Of a stretch of 64,000 nucleotides of DNA, positions 18,102 through 28,614 are shown in pieces. The notes beneath the pieces were generated by a model that did no database searches, was not told the origin of the DNA, and saw only the letters and a program-made list of their open reading frames with translations. A program made the position numbers and the translations under genes. Origin of the DNA: Candidatus Latescibacterota bacterium (GTDB lineage: Bacteria; Latescibacterota; UBA2968; GCA-2709665); contig OZ242358.1 in NCBI GenBank assembly GCA_965208835.1, positions 672,001-736,000 of the forward strand, written 5' to 3'. Every line of letters begins with the position of its first letter. The stretch's first letter is position 1.

Positions 18102-21100
18102 ATGGCCGAAACAGGAGGACGAAGCGCGCGCAGGCGTCGGCAGGAGTCGTACGACATCGAGATCGTGAACAGAGAGATCCCGACGCTGAAGGATCTTCAT
18201 CTCGAGACCGACCTGTCCGGAGATGTGCTGGTGGTGCCTCCCGACGGCGATTCCGGTGCCGAAATCGGCCGTAGAATCGCCGAGGCACTGGGAAGCGCTG
18301 CCGAAGTCAAGTCCGGTTCGGAGGTCGGCGGCGGGGACTGGAACAACGCACACATCGTCGCGGCGGGAAACGTCTTCAACAACACGGCGATCCTGCGCCT
18401 GGGGATGAATTTCTACGCGTGGACGGACGAGTACTACCCCGGCGGGGACGGGTACGAGGTGAGAACGGTCCACAATCCCTTCGGGACCGGCCGGAACGTG
18501 GTCCAGCTGGGAGGAAGTACGCCTGAAGGCGTGACGCGGGCGGTGGACGAATTCCTCTCGATCGTGGAGCGGGAGGGGCCGCGCATCGGTCGGATCAACC
18601 GGCCGGTGTCCCGGCAGAACCCGGAATCCCCGCCCACGGACGCCGAAGCACGGAAGATCATCGACACGGTCAACGAGCAGGTCGCGCTATCGGGAAGCCA
18701 GGGACCGCTGCGCCGCATGGTGGACCACGCCATGCTCTATTATCTGTCGGGCGACGAGGTCTGGGGTCGAATTTTCAGGGAGGAATTCCTGTTCTTCATC
18801 GATCTCGCCCACGAGGCGGGCGACTGGTGCCTGTCGCAGGGGACGCATCTCTACTTCTGGATATACCGCATGCTGACTGCATGGGACGTGATGGAGGAAG
18901 GGGAGGCGCTGAACGACGACGACCGGCTGAAGATGACGAACGCGATCTACAACATCATCCGGTGGACGTCCGAGCTCACGCATTTCAGGTTCAAGTCTGT
19001 GGACGACGTGGTCCAGAACCAGAACCACCAGAGCTTCGCCGCGCTGAGTCTGGTCATTGGAGCAAGGTATTTCAAGAAGTATTACGGGCTGACGGATTTC
19101 GATGAAAAGCTGCCTTTGGCGCACCGGACCCTGGAACTGCACGCCAGGTCGTACAAGCCGAACGACAACGCGGGGACGGGCTACGTGTGGATTACGCCGG
19201 GGCACCTGATCAAGTACGGGCTGATGACGGACGATCTCTCGTACCTCGAAGACGGTCATCTGGCGCGGCTGCTGGACAGCGCGGTGCTAACCATCGACAG
19301 CCGGGGCGACGACTGCACGTACGGCGACGTCGGTGCGTACAGGGCATCCCGGGCCAGCCGCCCGAGCGGGCTGCAGGCCGCGTCGATAGGCGCATGGTTC
19401 TACAACGACGGGCGTTACCGGTGGCTCTACAACTGGATGGAGCAGGGCCAGCAGTGGCGGGACTCCTTCCAGCGCCAGAGGAACTGGGGGATCGGCGGAT
19501 GGGAGGTGTACGACGGATTTTTCTTCAGGGACATCGCGCCCGTCGAACCGGCGGAACTGCTGGGGGTACGCGCGTCGATGCTGGACGGGGCGGCGCACGA
19601 CTTTGCCCGGGATCGGGCGCGGAAGACGGGTCAGTACCACGGAGACCCCCTGGTGGAATCGGACGTCCCCCTCGCGGAGGCGTTCGACAAGCTGGCGTTC
19701 CGGCGAAGCTTCGACAGGCGCAGCGAGTACCTGTTGATCGACGGGCCTACAGGCTTCTCCCATTCCCAGGAGGACGGGAACTCGATCATCCGCCTCTGCT
19801 GGAACGACCGCATCTGGCTGGCGGACCTGGACTACATCCGCCGGTTGGCGAGATACCACAACACGGTGGTAATCGTGAAGGACGGGACGTGTTATCCCAA
19901 GCCGTCGCAGGTGGCGCTCAGGGCGATTGGAGATTTCGAAGACTGGGGGTACAGCCAGACGGTATCGCCGGGGGATAACGGCACGGACTGGGCACGAAGT
20001 ATCTTCTGGAGGAAGGGTGCGTATTTCCTGGTAATCGACTCGGTGGACGCGCGGGAGGGCGGTGATTATCTCCTGGACGCCATCTGGAGGGTACTCGGAC
20101 AGGTGGACGCGTCAGAGAGCGCATTGCGCATCGAACAGGACGGCGAGCGGCTTCACATCGTGAACGCGGACGGCTCCGAAAAGTCACTGACGGACCGCGA
20201 GGCCGACTTTGCGCCGGACTGGGAGGCCAACTGGAAGAATTACGAGCACGCGGACGGGACCGTACGGATGTGGCACCAGAAGATACGGCTCTCCATGGAA
20301 GCGGGTGACCGGACTGCTTTCGTGAACTTGCTGTATCCGTCCAATGACGGATCGCCGCAGGCGTTCGACGTGGAGCGCGTGGGTCCGTCCGCCGCCGTGG
20401 TCCGCGACCGGCGGTCGGGAGAGGCCGTGATGGCCGGCGTCGGCGCGCCGGATTATGGCGGACTGGACGTGGACGGAAAGTTGTTCCGGATCGACAGCGA
20501 CGGATTTGCACTCGTGGAGGGAACACAACTGGCGTGGGAAACGCCGCTATTCAGGAGTTGGGCGCCCGTTTCGGTGGAGATGGACCTCGCGCGGGGGAAG
20601 GGGATTGTCGAAACCCGGACAGAGACCCGCGTTGGCATCCGTGCGGAGGAGGTCCGTCTGAACGGAGAGCGGATTTCGGCGGGAGGCGAGGGCAAACTGG
20701 TCTGGTTTACGCTGGCGGCCGGCCGGCACGACCTGGAGATCCTGCCCCGCGCGTCCGGGACGTTTGACCGATTGCTGCGGGAGGCGACGTCATACCGGCC
20801 CGGTCCTGTATCCATCAATCCGGGACCTGTGGTCGGAAGCGGTATCGAACCCCTGTGGAGGTACGATGCCGGATCGGGCGTGACCGCCGTGGACTCCGAT
20901 GTATCGGCCGGGACGCTTTTGGGAACCGCCAATGGAGACGTCAGCCTGCTCGGACCGGACGGCACGAGGAATTGGTCGTTCCCGGCGCAGGGCGAAGTCC
21001 GCGCCGTGCACCTCGCGGATATTGACGGGGACGGCGCGCCGGAAGCTGTTGTCGGCACGCGCGACTGCCGGCTGTACGTTCTGGGCGCCGGCGGCGAGGT

Positions 21101-21953
21101 GCGCTGGGAGCACGAGTTTCCGCCCGGCAGCGGGATGCGCCCGCAGCGGTTGACGACCGTGTCATCGGCCGACCTGGACGGCGACGGCAGGAAGCAGGTT
21201 CTGGCCGGGGCCGAAGGATGGCTGCTGCACGTTTTCGAAGCGGACGGATCGCTGAAATGGCAGACCGAGACCCACTATCACTGTATCACCGGATGCCTGG
21301 CCGTGGACCTGGACGGGGACGGAAGGGACGAGCTGCTGGTGGGCACCGAGTATTATACCATCAATTGTCTGAATCCCGACGGTACGGCGCGGTGGCGGCG
21401 GAGTACGGGATGCGTCTCGCCGACGATCCTCGCCGCCGACCTGGATGACGACGGGGTGATCGAGGTCGTGTACGGGGACTGGCGGGCGGTGAACGCGGCG
21501 ACGAGCGGCGAACTGTTCGGTCAGACCGGCCTGGGAGGCAGCGGAAAATTGAAGGCGCCGGGCGCGTTGTCGTGGCGCGTGAATATGGGCGGCGAGGTGG
21601 AGGACATCGCCGTTGCGGACGTGAATGGCGACGGCAGACCCGATGTGGTCGCGGGCAGCGACGTGGGGCAGCTGGCCTGCGTCGCGGGCGATGGAGAGGT
21701 CATCTGGCGCCGGGACCTGGAGGATAAAATCACGTGGCTGACCACGTTCCGGGACAATGGATCCGTGAAGATCCTGGCAGGATTCGATACGGGCGAGATC
21801 CGGACCCTTGATGCCGGCGGGGTGCTGATCGCAAGGGACAGCGTCGAAGGGGAAATCAAACATCTTCGCTCCCTCGGCGACCGGGTCGTATGCGCCACCT
21901 CGGCGGGGACGGTGATGGCCTTCCGGCCGGTCGATCGGGAAACAATCTTGTGA
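18102..21953 (+). CDS. Large lyase-like protein, paralogue 3
   Basis: ATG at 18102 after GAGGTG. Motifs YPGGDGYEVRTVHNPFGTGRN, WDVMEE...DDDRL, NQNHQS, GFSHSQEDGN, YHNTV, and multiple DxDGDG FG-GAP repeats. Confidence 0.75.
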   Translation: MAETGGRSARRRRQESYDIEIVNREIPTLKDLHLETDLSGDVLVVPPDGDSGAEIGRRIAEALGSAAEVKSGSEVGGGDWNNAHIVAAGNVFNNTAILRLGMNFYAWTDEYYPGGDGYEVRTVHNPFGTGRNVVQLGGSTPEGVTRAVDEFLSIVEREGPRIGRINRPVSRQNPESPPTDAEARKIIDTVNEQVALSGSQGPLRRMVDHAMLYYLSGDEVWGRIFREEFLFFIDLAHEAGDWCLSQGTHLYFWIYRMLTAWDVMEEGEALNDDDRLKMTNAIYNIIRWTSELTHFRFKSVDDVVQNQNHQSFAALSLVIGARYFKKYYGLTDFDEKLPLAHRTLELHARSYKPNDNAGTGYVWITPGHLIKYGLMTDDLSYLEDGHLARLLDSAVLTIDSRGDDCTYGDVGAYRASRASRPSGLQAASIGAWFYNDGRYRWLYNWMEQGQQWRDSFQRQRNWGIGGWEVYDGFFFRDIAPVEPAELLGVRASMLDGAAHDFARDRARKTGQYHGDPLVESDVPLAEAFDKLAFRRSFDRRSEYLLIDGPTGFSHSQEDGNSIIRLCWNDRIWLADLDYIRRLARYHNTVVIVKDGTCYPKPSQVALRAIGDFEDWGYSQTVSPGDNGTDWARSIFWRKGAYFLVIDSVDAREGGDYLLDAIWRVLGQVDASESALRIEQDGERLHIVNADGSEKSLTDREADFAPDWEANWKNYEHADGTVRMWHQKIRLSMEAGDRTAFVNLLYPSNDGSPQAFDVERVGPSAAVVRDRRSGEAVMAGVGAPDYGGLDVDGKLFRIDSDGFALVEGTQLAWETPLFRSWAPVSVEMDLARGKGIVETRTETRVGIRAEEVRLNGERISAGGEGKLVWFTLAAGRHDLEILPRASGTFDRLLREATSYRPGPVSINPGPVVGSGIEPLWRYDAGSGVTAVDSDVSAGTLLGTANGDVSLLGPDGTRNWSFPAQGEVRAVHLADIDGDGAPEAVVGTRDCRLYVLGAGGEVRWEHEFPPGSGMRPQRLTTVSSADLDGDGRKQVLAGAEGWLLHVFEADGSLKWQTETHYHCITGCLAVDLDGDGRDELLVGTEYYTINCLNPDGTARWRRSTGCVSPTILAADLDDDGVIEVVYGDWRAVNAATSGELFGQTGLGGSGKLKAPGALSWRVNMGGEVEDIAVADVNGDGRPDVVAGSDVGQLACVAGDGEVIWRRDLEDKITWLTTFRDNGSVKILAGFDTGEIRTLDAGGVLIARDSVEGEIKHLRSLGDRVVCATSAGTVMAFRPVDRETIL

Positions 21954-21963
21954 GACTTCATTT

Positions 21964-22827
21964 ATGGCCGGTCTGAGTGAGGAGCAGCTTTCCGATTATC
22001 TGAACGACGGTTACCTGTTGCTGGAGGACGTGCTGACGCCGGAGGACCTGCAGCCGCTGATCGACGACATCGCCGAGGGGATCGATCGCAAGGCGCGGGA
22101 GGCCCGCTCCAATGGCAAGCTGTCCGATCCGTTCGAAAACGCGCCCTTCGACCGGAGACTGGCGCGTCTGCGGGACACGATGGACGATGCGTCGGAAATC
22201 GAGAAGGCGGTGACGGGAAAGCGCCTCAAGACCGCGGGGATGTTTGCCGTGATCACGCACCCGGCGATTCTGGACATCGTGGAGTCCGTCATCGGCCCGG
22301 AGATCCTGGCCCATCCCCAGTTCAACTGCCAGGCGAAGATGCCCAACGAAGCCCGGTCGCAGATCCCGTGGCACCAGGACCTGGGGTTCCTGCATCCCGA
22401 AGCGGAAGCCACGTTCATGGTGAACTTCTGGATTCCGCTGGTGGACGTTTCGGTGGAAAATGGATGCCTGGAGGTGATTCCGGGCAGTCACCGCGCCGGT
22501 CTGATGCCGCATGGTGAGGTGGCGGGCTATCCGAACGAGGGGATCCGGAAAGGGTGGGTTCCGGATGGCGTGCCCGTCGCCTGTCCGGTGCGAAAGGGCG
22601 GTGTGGTGGTGTTCCAGCACAAGATGGCGCACCGGTCCTTTCCCAACCGGACGGACCGCATCCGCTGGAGCCTGGATATTCGTTACTCGGACCCGTCAAT
22701 GCCGACGGGACGGGACGAGGTACCGGGATTCCTGGCACGGAGCGACGCGCACCGCGGGCGGGTGGCGAAATCACACCTGGATTGGCTGAAACTGATGCGA
22801 GGCGTAGATGAGCGACTGCACGAGTAG
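21964..22827 (+). CDS. PhyH family Fe(II)/2OG oxygenase
   Basis: IPWHQD, NFWIPL.D...ENGCLEVIPGSH, distal AHRSFPN....RWSLDIRY. Confidence 0.92.
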   Translation: MAGLSEEQLSDYLNDGYLLLEDVLTPEDLQPLIDDIAEGIDRKAREARSNGKLSDPFENAPFDRRLARLRDTMDDASEIEKAVTGKRLKTAGMFAVITHPAILDIVESVIGPEILAHPQFNCQAKMPNEARSQIPWHQDLGFLHPEAEATFMVNFWIPLVDVSVENGCLEVIPGSHRAGLMPHGEVAGYPNEGIRKGWVPDGVPVACPVRKGGVVVFQHKMAHRSFPNRTDRIRWSLDIRYSDPSMPTGRDEVPGFLARSDAHRGRVAKSHLDWLKLMRGVDERLHE

Positions 22828-22874
22828 GATCCCGCGCACCGCTAGCAGCAACGACGGGAACGCCCCCGGGCCCG

Positions 22875-23708
22875 TTACGCGGGAACCGGATAATCGGGCT
22901 TTCCATAAAAATAATTGTGAAATACCTGCCAGAAGGACTCGCCTTTGCAGCGGATCGTGCGGTCGTCGACCCGCTCGACGCCTTCCCGCACGGAGAGTCG
23001 ATCGGGTTCGGGATGCGTCATCTCCATCACCAAAGGACTTTCTGCGATGAGCGGTTCGATGTCTTCTGCGACCGCAACGGCCTCCTGAACGCGAGTCTTG
23101 ATCAGGGCGCGGGCATCTGCCGGCGCCATGTGCAAGGCACACAATTCTCCCAGGCCTTCCTTTACGGGGGCCGTGACGATGCCGCTGACCCATCGTTCGG
23201 ATTCGGTACATGCGTGCCGGTCGCCGGATGTGAAGACCCAGGGAATGCCCAGATGGCCACACAGGTACGCCGCCATTTCCATCTCGCCGACTTCGGCGCC
23301 GTTGACGCGACAGACCATATCGCGGCTCATCGAATGTGCAAGGCATCCGTTGGGCGTTCCGGTCATTGCGTGCATGCCCACCTGGATCAACGCGTCGTAT
23401 CCGGGCGACAGGCCGGGCAACCAGCAAGGACGCTTGACACCCTTTACCAGCTTCACGCCAGAGACCAATTCTTCTGACAGGATCGTGCGCCCCGCCCCAT
23501 GCGCGTCATTGATGGTCACTTTTTCGACACCTGCGGCAAACAAGCCTTCAGCCGCGGCATTGACTTCGCCCGTCAACAGGCGCTGCATCTCGGCGCGGTC
23601 ATACACGCCTTTGGACGTTGTCGCGTCGTCCCGGTGCCTCGGGTCCCAATCGTCGACGCCGGCCACGCCTTCCAAATCGGTCATCATATAGACGGATTTC
23701 ACGGTCAT
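22875..23708 (-). CDS. M55 family D-aminopeptidase (DppA-like)
   Basis: YMMTDLEGVAGV, TGEVNAA, INDAHGAG, VGMHAM.G...G.LAHS, SGD. Confidence 0.9.
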   Translation of the reverse strand: MTVKSVYMMTDLEGVAGVDDWDPRHRDDATTSKGVYDRAEMQRLLTGEVNAAAEGLFAAGVEKVTINDAHGAGRTILSEELVSGVKLVKGVKRPCWLPGLSPGYDALIQVGMHAMTGTPNGCLAHSMSRDMVCRVNGAEVGEMEMAAYLCGHLGIPWVFTSGDRHACTESERWVSGIVTAPVKEGLGELCALHMAPADARALIKTRVQEAVAVAEDIEPLIAESPLVMEMTHPEPDRLSVREGVERVDDRTIRCKGESFWQVFHNYFYGKPDYPVPA

Positions 23709-23767
23709 GGGATTCTCCTGTTTTCAGGGTATTTCCGAGACGTGTTGCGCATGTCGCGATGTGGTTG

Positions 23768-25588
23768 TCAGCCTCCCGCGTTCGCCAGTGCTTCATCGAC
23801 CCTCTCAGTCCACGGGTCCGCGACGCGCGCTTCGTACCTGCCGTCGTTGAAATAGGCGGACTTGGGCATGTTACGGTCCTCCAGCACGGCCTGGCGGTAT
23901 GTCCTCTTGAGGCGCGGCCTGAGTTTCCGCAGATCTCCCGCCCTTTGTCTGGCCGCGGGTCCCTGCTGCAGGCCAAGGAGTTCATCGGCTCCGTGCCAGC
24001 CGCGGATGAGGGTCGCGGGAAAGGCAAACCAGCGGCGGATGTAGTCGATCCTGAGACGGACGAGAGGGTCGCGCGTGGCCTTGTACGCGCGGTCCAGCGC
24101 GGCTTCGAGGGCGTCCGCGTCGTCGGAATCGTAACAGGGTACCTGGTCGCGCAGCCCGCGCAGACCCTGAAACCACCGGCCCTCCCGCGGTCGGCGCCAG
24201 ATGGCTTCGAGGAGGTCGTAAAAAGCGCGGACCTCCCCCGCGGCACCGCGGAACAGCCGAGAAAAGAACTCATCGAGGAGCTTTTCCGGGTCCTGGCCGG
24301 CGTCCCACCAGAGTTTGGATGCCAGCCAGATCTGCGGACCGGCCGCCGGCCAGTGGGGATAGGCTTCGGCATAGAAGCCCTTGACGCCCGCGCTGTGCTG
24401 GAACTTGATGTCGTCGGCCATCAGGCCCGGAAAGTAGCGCGGCAGCACCCAGCCCAGGCCGTAGTAATCGTACTTGCAGACGTGGTCGCACTGCTCGAGC
24501 CAGGAGAGGATGAATTCACGGTCCTTGTCCCGATATTCAGGGTCCAGGTGCTGTGCGGTATCCTGCGTCAGATAAATAGCGGCGTTGGGCTCGAGGCGTG
24601 CGATGCGTCTGGGCGGCTCCTCCACGTTATGGTAGGCCAGACATCCCACGAATTTACCGGGATGGGATTCCTGCAGCGCGCGTGCGACCGCGTTGAAGTA
24701 GGTGAACCACCGGTCGGAGTAGATCGGGCGGTCCCGGAATTTCAGATCCGGAATGTCGAGGGCGCGGCAGTTGTTGCAAAGGCAGAAGTTCCCGTTATCA
24801 TTCATCCCCAGCGAGAAGCAGTGCGCCTCGGGGTACTCGTCGAAGTAGGCGCGCGTGGCCTTTATGGTGACGTCGACGACTTCGGGGTTGCTCGTGCAGG
24901 GCTGGCCGAAAAGGCCGTTGCTTACGGCGTCGCTTTCGGGTATCAACCGTGCACCGTCGATAAGCGCGTAGTACTCAGGATGGGTCTTTCCGTATTCGGC
25001 AACGGGGAAAATCTTGTACAGGGCGTGGTGGAAGCCGGCATAGGGCAGTTCGTGCCTCCGGCTGGAGACGCGGTTTCGGCGTTCCCAACGATGTCCTTCC
25101 AGCCCGGCGATTCCGCTGAAGACGCGGAAGAGGAAGTCAGGAGTATGCGTCTCGTTTACCGGTGCGATTCTAAGGGTGGTTTGCATCGGGATGTCTTCGA
25201 AGAGTTCCCCGGGCATGAACCAGCGAACGTCGAGATGGTCTTCCAGCAGGCCGAAGACGCCGTAGGCCGTGCCGCTGTCGCTGCCGCCGAGGATGAAGAG
25301 ATCCCTGCCGGCAGTGTGGATGCGGTAACCCTCGACGCCTGCGTTTCCGGCGTCCAGGTTCAGCGACCGGGCGTACGCGGTGGCCCCGACGTGTATTGCC
25401 GTTCTGCCGCGGGGCGCCGGATTGCCGCCGTCCGTGCCCATCGGGGGCGCCATGCCCGTCATCTTTTCAAGCGCTGTTTGCAGTTCCGAGGCGGCGTCGC
25501 GGAGGATATCTCCGGCGCCATCCGGGACGACGATGGCGGTACGGGGTTGACCCCGGTCGGCCAGGGTGAGCGTTCTGTATTGGCGCAT
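23768..25588 (-). CDS. DUF4838-domain putative glycoside hydrolase
   Basis: ATG at 25588 after AGGGGG. Motifs G.EGY.I...G.DL.I.GG...GT.YGV...LE..L.VRW.MP, Y.KTHPEYYAL, QPC.SNPEV, SLGMND...FC.C..C. Confidence 0.8.
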   Translation of the reverse strand: MRQYRTLTLADRGQPRTAIVVPDGAGDILRDAASELQTALEKMTGMAPPMGTDGGNPAPRGRTAIHVGATAYARSLNLDAGNAGVEGYRIHTAGRDLFILGGSDSGTAYGVFGLLEDHLDVRWFMPGELFEDIPMQTTLRIAPVNETHTPDFLFRVFSGIAGLEGHRWERRNRVSSRRHELPYAGFHHALYKIFPVAEYGKTHPEYYALIDGARLIPESDAVSNGLFGQPCTSNPEVVDVTIKATRAYFDEYPEAHCFSLGMNDNGNFCLCNNCRALDIPDLKFRDRPIYSDRWFTYFNAVARALQESHPGKFVGCLAYHNVEEPPRRIARLEPNAAIYLTQDTAQHLDPEYRDKDREFILSWLEQCDHVCKYDYYGLGWVLPRYFPGLMADDIKFQHSAGVKGFYAEAYPHWPAAGPQIWLASKLWWDAGQDPEKLLDEFFSRLFRGAAGEVRAFYDLLEAIWRRPREGRWFQGLRGLRDQVPCYDSDDADALEAALDRAYKATRDPLVRLRIDYIRRWFAFPATLIRGWHGADELLGLQQGPAARQRAGDLRKLRPRLKRTYRQAVLEDRNMPKSAYFNDGRYEARVADPWTERVDEALANAGG

Positions 25589-25589
25589 A

Positions 25590-26834
25590 TCAGTGTCCCC
25601 CCTGCTGAGGTGGAGTGGCTTTCTCCGGGTGCGGAAAACGCGGCGCCAGGCGCCGGCTGATTTCCGGATAGATGGCGATGAAGTGGTCCCGCATGGTCGG
25701 AAACTGGAAATCCTCGGCGGTTTCGAACCCGGTTTCCAGGTCCTGTTTTCGGGGCATATGGCAGTCGATGCAGTTGGACTGCATCGCGTCACCCAGTTCG
25801 GCGGACATACCGCAAGCGTGGGTCTCGTGGCACGCCGCGCAACGCCGGGAGAACAGGGACAGGTTCCCACGCTCGAGGGCGTGCGGGTTGTGGCAGGTGA
25901 TGCAGGTCATCGCCGAACTCTGCTGGAAACACTTCGACTTGGTCAGCCGCGGCAGCTGGTTGGTGCTGTGGACCCCTATCCTGTTCAGCTCTTCGTGGGG
26001 GTCCAGTTTGAGAAAATCACTGAGGGACTCCCCGGGCCGGAAGGAGAAAGGCCGCTGGCTCGGCACGCCGACACCGGAGTGGCATTGCGCGCAGAGATCG
26101 ATCAGCCGCGGCGGATCGAGTCCGCCCGGGTGCAGGATGTGCGGCGTGTCCTTCGCGTCGGGATTTGCGCGTTGATAGGCCGCGTGTTCCGCTCCGGGGC
26201 CGTGGCAGCGCTCGCAGGAGACGCCAAGAACGAAGTGTTCCTTGTTGTATGCGTTACTGGTATAGGATTCGGATTCGAACCAGGTGGCGTGGCACTCCAG
26301 GCATCGGGGGACGACGCCGCGTGAGAAGTTCACTTCGCCGTCGGGATAACCCGGGCTGTTGATCCACCGCTGCTGCTGCGTGAAATACGAGATCGGAAGC
26401 TGATAAAGGAAATCGCCCTGCCAGAAGAGATAGGTCTGGCCGATTTTCCCGGAGCCGGTGACAATGTCGATGCGCTCCGTCCGCCGGTAGCTGCCTTCTC
26501 CTCTTCCAATGATGGCCGTCTGATAGTATCCGTCACGATCAGAGGTGATTTCGAAGCGGAGATTGGCGTTCCGGGTCCGGACGATTGCCTGGTCGGGAGA
26601 GAAGCTGCCGGGAATCGATTCGGGATCTGGAAAGCGTGAGGTGAGATGGTGGGCCGTGCGCCGGTACTCTTCGAACCGGTCCCGGTGACAATCCGCGCAG
26701 GCCTGCGCGCCGGTGTATCCCGCTGAACGGGTCTCGCCGTCCGCATTCCCGGCGTCCGCAAAAAGAAGAGGACCGCCCAGCGCCAGGCCCGCCGAAAGGC
26801 CGAGAACGACCGATCTGAAGACAACCCTTGCCAT
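25590..26834 (-). CDS. Exported multiheme c-type cytochrome
   Basis: Signal peptide and seven CxxCH motifs: CADCH, CLECH, CERCH, CAQCH, CITCH, CAACH, CIDCH. Confidence 0.88.
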   Translation of the reverse strand: MARVVFRSVVLGLSAGLALGGPLLFADAGNADGETRSAGYTGAQACADCHRDRFEEYRRTAHHLTSRFPDPESIPGSFSPDQAIVRTRNANLRFEITSDRDGYYQTAIIGRGEGSYRRTERIDIVTGSGKIGQTYLFWQGDFLYQLPISYFTQQQRWINSPGYPDGEVNFSRGVVPRCLECHATWFESESYTSNAYNKEHFVLGVSCERCHGPGAEHAAYQRANPDAKDTPHILHPGGLDPPRLIDLCAQCHSGVGVPSQRPFSFRPGESLSDFLKLDPHEELNRIGVHSTNQLPRLTKSKCFQQSSAMTCITCHNPHALERGNLSLFSRRCAACHETHACGMSAELGDAMQSNCIDCHMPRKQDLETGFETAEDFQFPTMRDHFIAIYPEISRRLAPRFPHPEKATPPQQGGH

Positions 26835-27090
26835 AGCAGTCCGTTGATAAAGTCGCTCTGCAGGCGAGGCCGAGTCATTGTGGCCGAAGACAAGGCGCGC
26901 GACCGAATCGAATCCGTGGATTCGAGGAGGGAGCGCAACGCCGTAATTCGGTCATAAGGGCCGGACGCAGCCCGGATGGGCTTTATTAACGGGCTGACTA
27001 CCTTGCCATTTCAGTTGGAAGGTGGGAGGGTTTCTCAAAGCATACCCCTGCCGCGTGTGGTTGTCAATCGAAAACTAGAAAGGCGACGCC

Positions 27091-28143
27091 ATGTCGATAG
27101 TACGATTCGCGATTGTGGGGGCAGGAAACATCGCGGAGCTAAGGGGCAAGGCGTTGCCGGACACCGTTCCCGCGAAAATCTGCGGCGTGGCCACCGGTGT
27201 TAAACTCGCGATGGCGATTGTACTCGTTGCGTTGAGTTGGTTCCTGGCTCCCATTGGATTGAGCGCCCAGGGACAAGACGGGTTCTATCTGCGCGGCGAT
27301 TTCGGGGATTCGGACGCGTTGACGATTCGAGGGAGCATCGAGGGCGTCGATCAGCGGACGCGTTGTGACAGGGCGTTGTATCCGGATCCGGCCGCCGTCC
27401 CGCGCGATCCTGCCTGCTCTGAAACTGCGTCCGGAGCGTACGCGACAATGGCGTTTGACCGGGGCGCGGAAACCATGACCAGCGCAACCTCCCTTGCATT
27501 GGGGTACTCCCACGGCTGGCTCCGGCTGGAAGCCGAACTGAACAACACCGTGTTGGGTGCAACCTCGGCGCCGATGGTGGACGCGGGCCGGCTGGCGCCG
27601 GAGAGGGTACGTGAGTGGAGTGCTGTCGAAGAACCCCAGGCCAGGGTTTCTGGTTTCAACATTACAGACCTGTTTTTGAATGTGCTTCTCGACTACAACA
27701 ATTCTTCGCGCTTCACGCCATTTGTTGGCGTTGGAGGCGGCGTGTCGAATGTCATTCTCGTTTTCAAGGGACTGCGGGTCCGCCGAACGCTCGCTGACGG
27801 ATTCGCGCCGGAAGGCGGCGTCGATCCTGGCGCAGAAGTCGCCATTCCTGCATGGCAGACGCGGGCCGCGGGCACGGCCGATTCCGCGTGGCTACGACTG
27901 GCTGAATCGACGATCGGGACGAATCTGATCGGCGGTGTGGCGTACGAAGCGAACGAGCGATTCGGCATTGCGCTGCGGGGGCGTTACGCGCGTTACGGGG
28001 ATGTCCGGAAACCTGGAAAATGGGACCAGGTGCGAAGTCACGCGCCGGTGCTTGCAAACGGGAACACGCCCGCAACGTTCGACCTGGTGCTCAGTGATAT
28101 CGTCTTCTATGCGGTCACCATCTCGTTCGCGTACGACCTCTAA
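27091..28143 (+). CDS. Outer-membrane beta-barrel protein (OmpA/opacity-like) with a Gfo-derived N-terminal extension; alternative start 27211
   Basis: Signal-like MAIVLVALSWFLAPIGLSA|QG. Motifs GFYL, LRLEAE, LN..LD....SRFTPFVGVGGG. Amphipathic final strand FYAVTISFAYDL. Confidence 0.7.
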   Translation: MSIVRFAIVGAGNIAELRGKALPDTVPAKICGVATGVKLAMAIVLVALSWFLAPIGLSAQGQDGFYLRGDFGDSDALTIRGSIEGVDQRTRCDRALYPDPAAVPRDPACSETASGAYATMAFDRGAETMTSATSLALGYSHGWLRLEAELNNTVLGATSAPMVDAGRLAPERVREWSAVEEPQARVSGFNITDLFLNVLLDYNNSSRFTPFVGVGGGVSNVILVFKGLRVRRTLADGFAPEGGVDPGAEVAIPAWQTRAAGTADSAWLRLAESTIGTNLIGGVAYEANERFGIALRGRYARYGDVRKPGKWDQVRSHAPVLANGNTPATFDLVLSDIVFYAVTISFAYDL

Positions 28144-28274
28144 CCATGTTTCGTTAATTTTCGTGGACATTAGATCGAATTTGTGCAAGCCAAAAAAGGC
28201 GATTGAACTGCGGATTGCCAGGATACTCCAGGGTACTGGACGTGTTCGTGACCTCTCCTCTCATCCCCTCGGAA

Positions 28275-28405
28275 GCGGGTAGACGGGAGACGGTAGACGG
28301 GAGAGATTTCCTGCCCTGTGGAGTCTCTTCTCCTGCCGGAGGCAAGAAGGAATAAAGGATCGGGCAAGGGTTTCTTCTACCGTCTTCCCTCTACCCTCTA
28401 CCCGC
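28275..28405 (-). mobile_element. ~130-bp MITE-like/structured repeat, copy B (inverted)
   Basis: Perfect 9-bp terminal inverted repeats GCGGGTAGA/TCTACCCGC. Reverse complement of the core aligns with copies A and C. Confidence 0.6.
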
Positions 28406-28614
28406 ATTGAAGCTCTTTGTGGTCAATTTGGTTGTTGTATTCTTTCGAATTGAGGCGAACAGGCCGGCATTCCCGGTAGATAATATGGACGAACACGCTC
28501 CGATTTCGCGTCCGGAGTGAAGAATCGGTTCGAAGGTCGATAGACCAGCGTCCATAACCGGAAGGATAGGACGTTTATCCAAAGCGCAGTTAAAAAACGG
28601 CGAGGGAAAACCCC

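Noticed and set aside
23618-25660. 680-aa + strand ORF
   Set aside because: Antisense shadow of the DUF4838 gene, which has the family motifs and an RBS.
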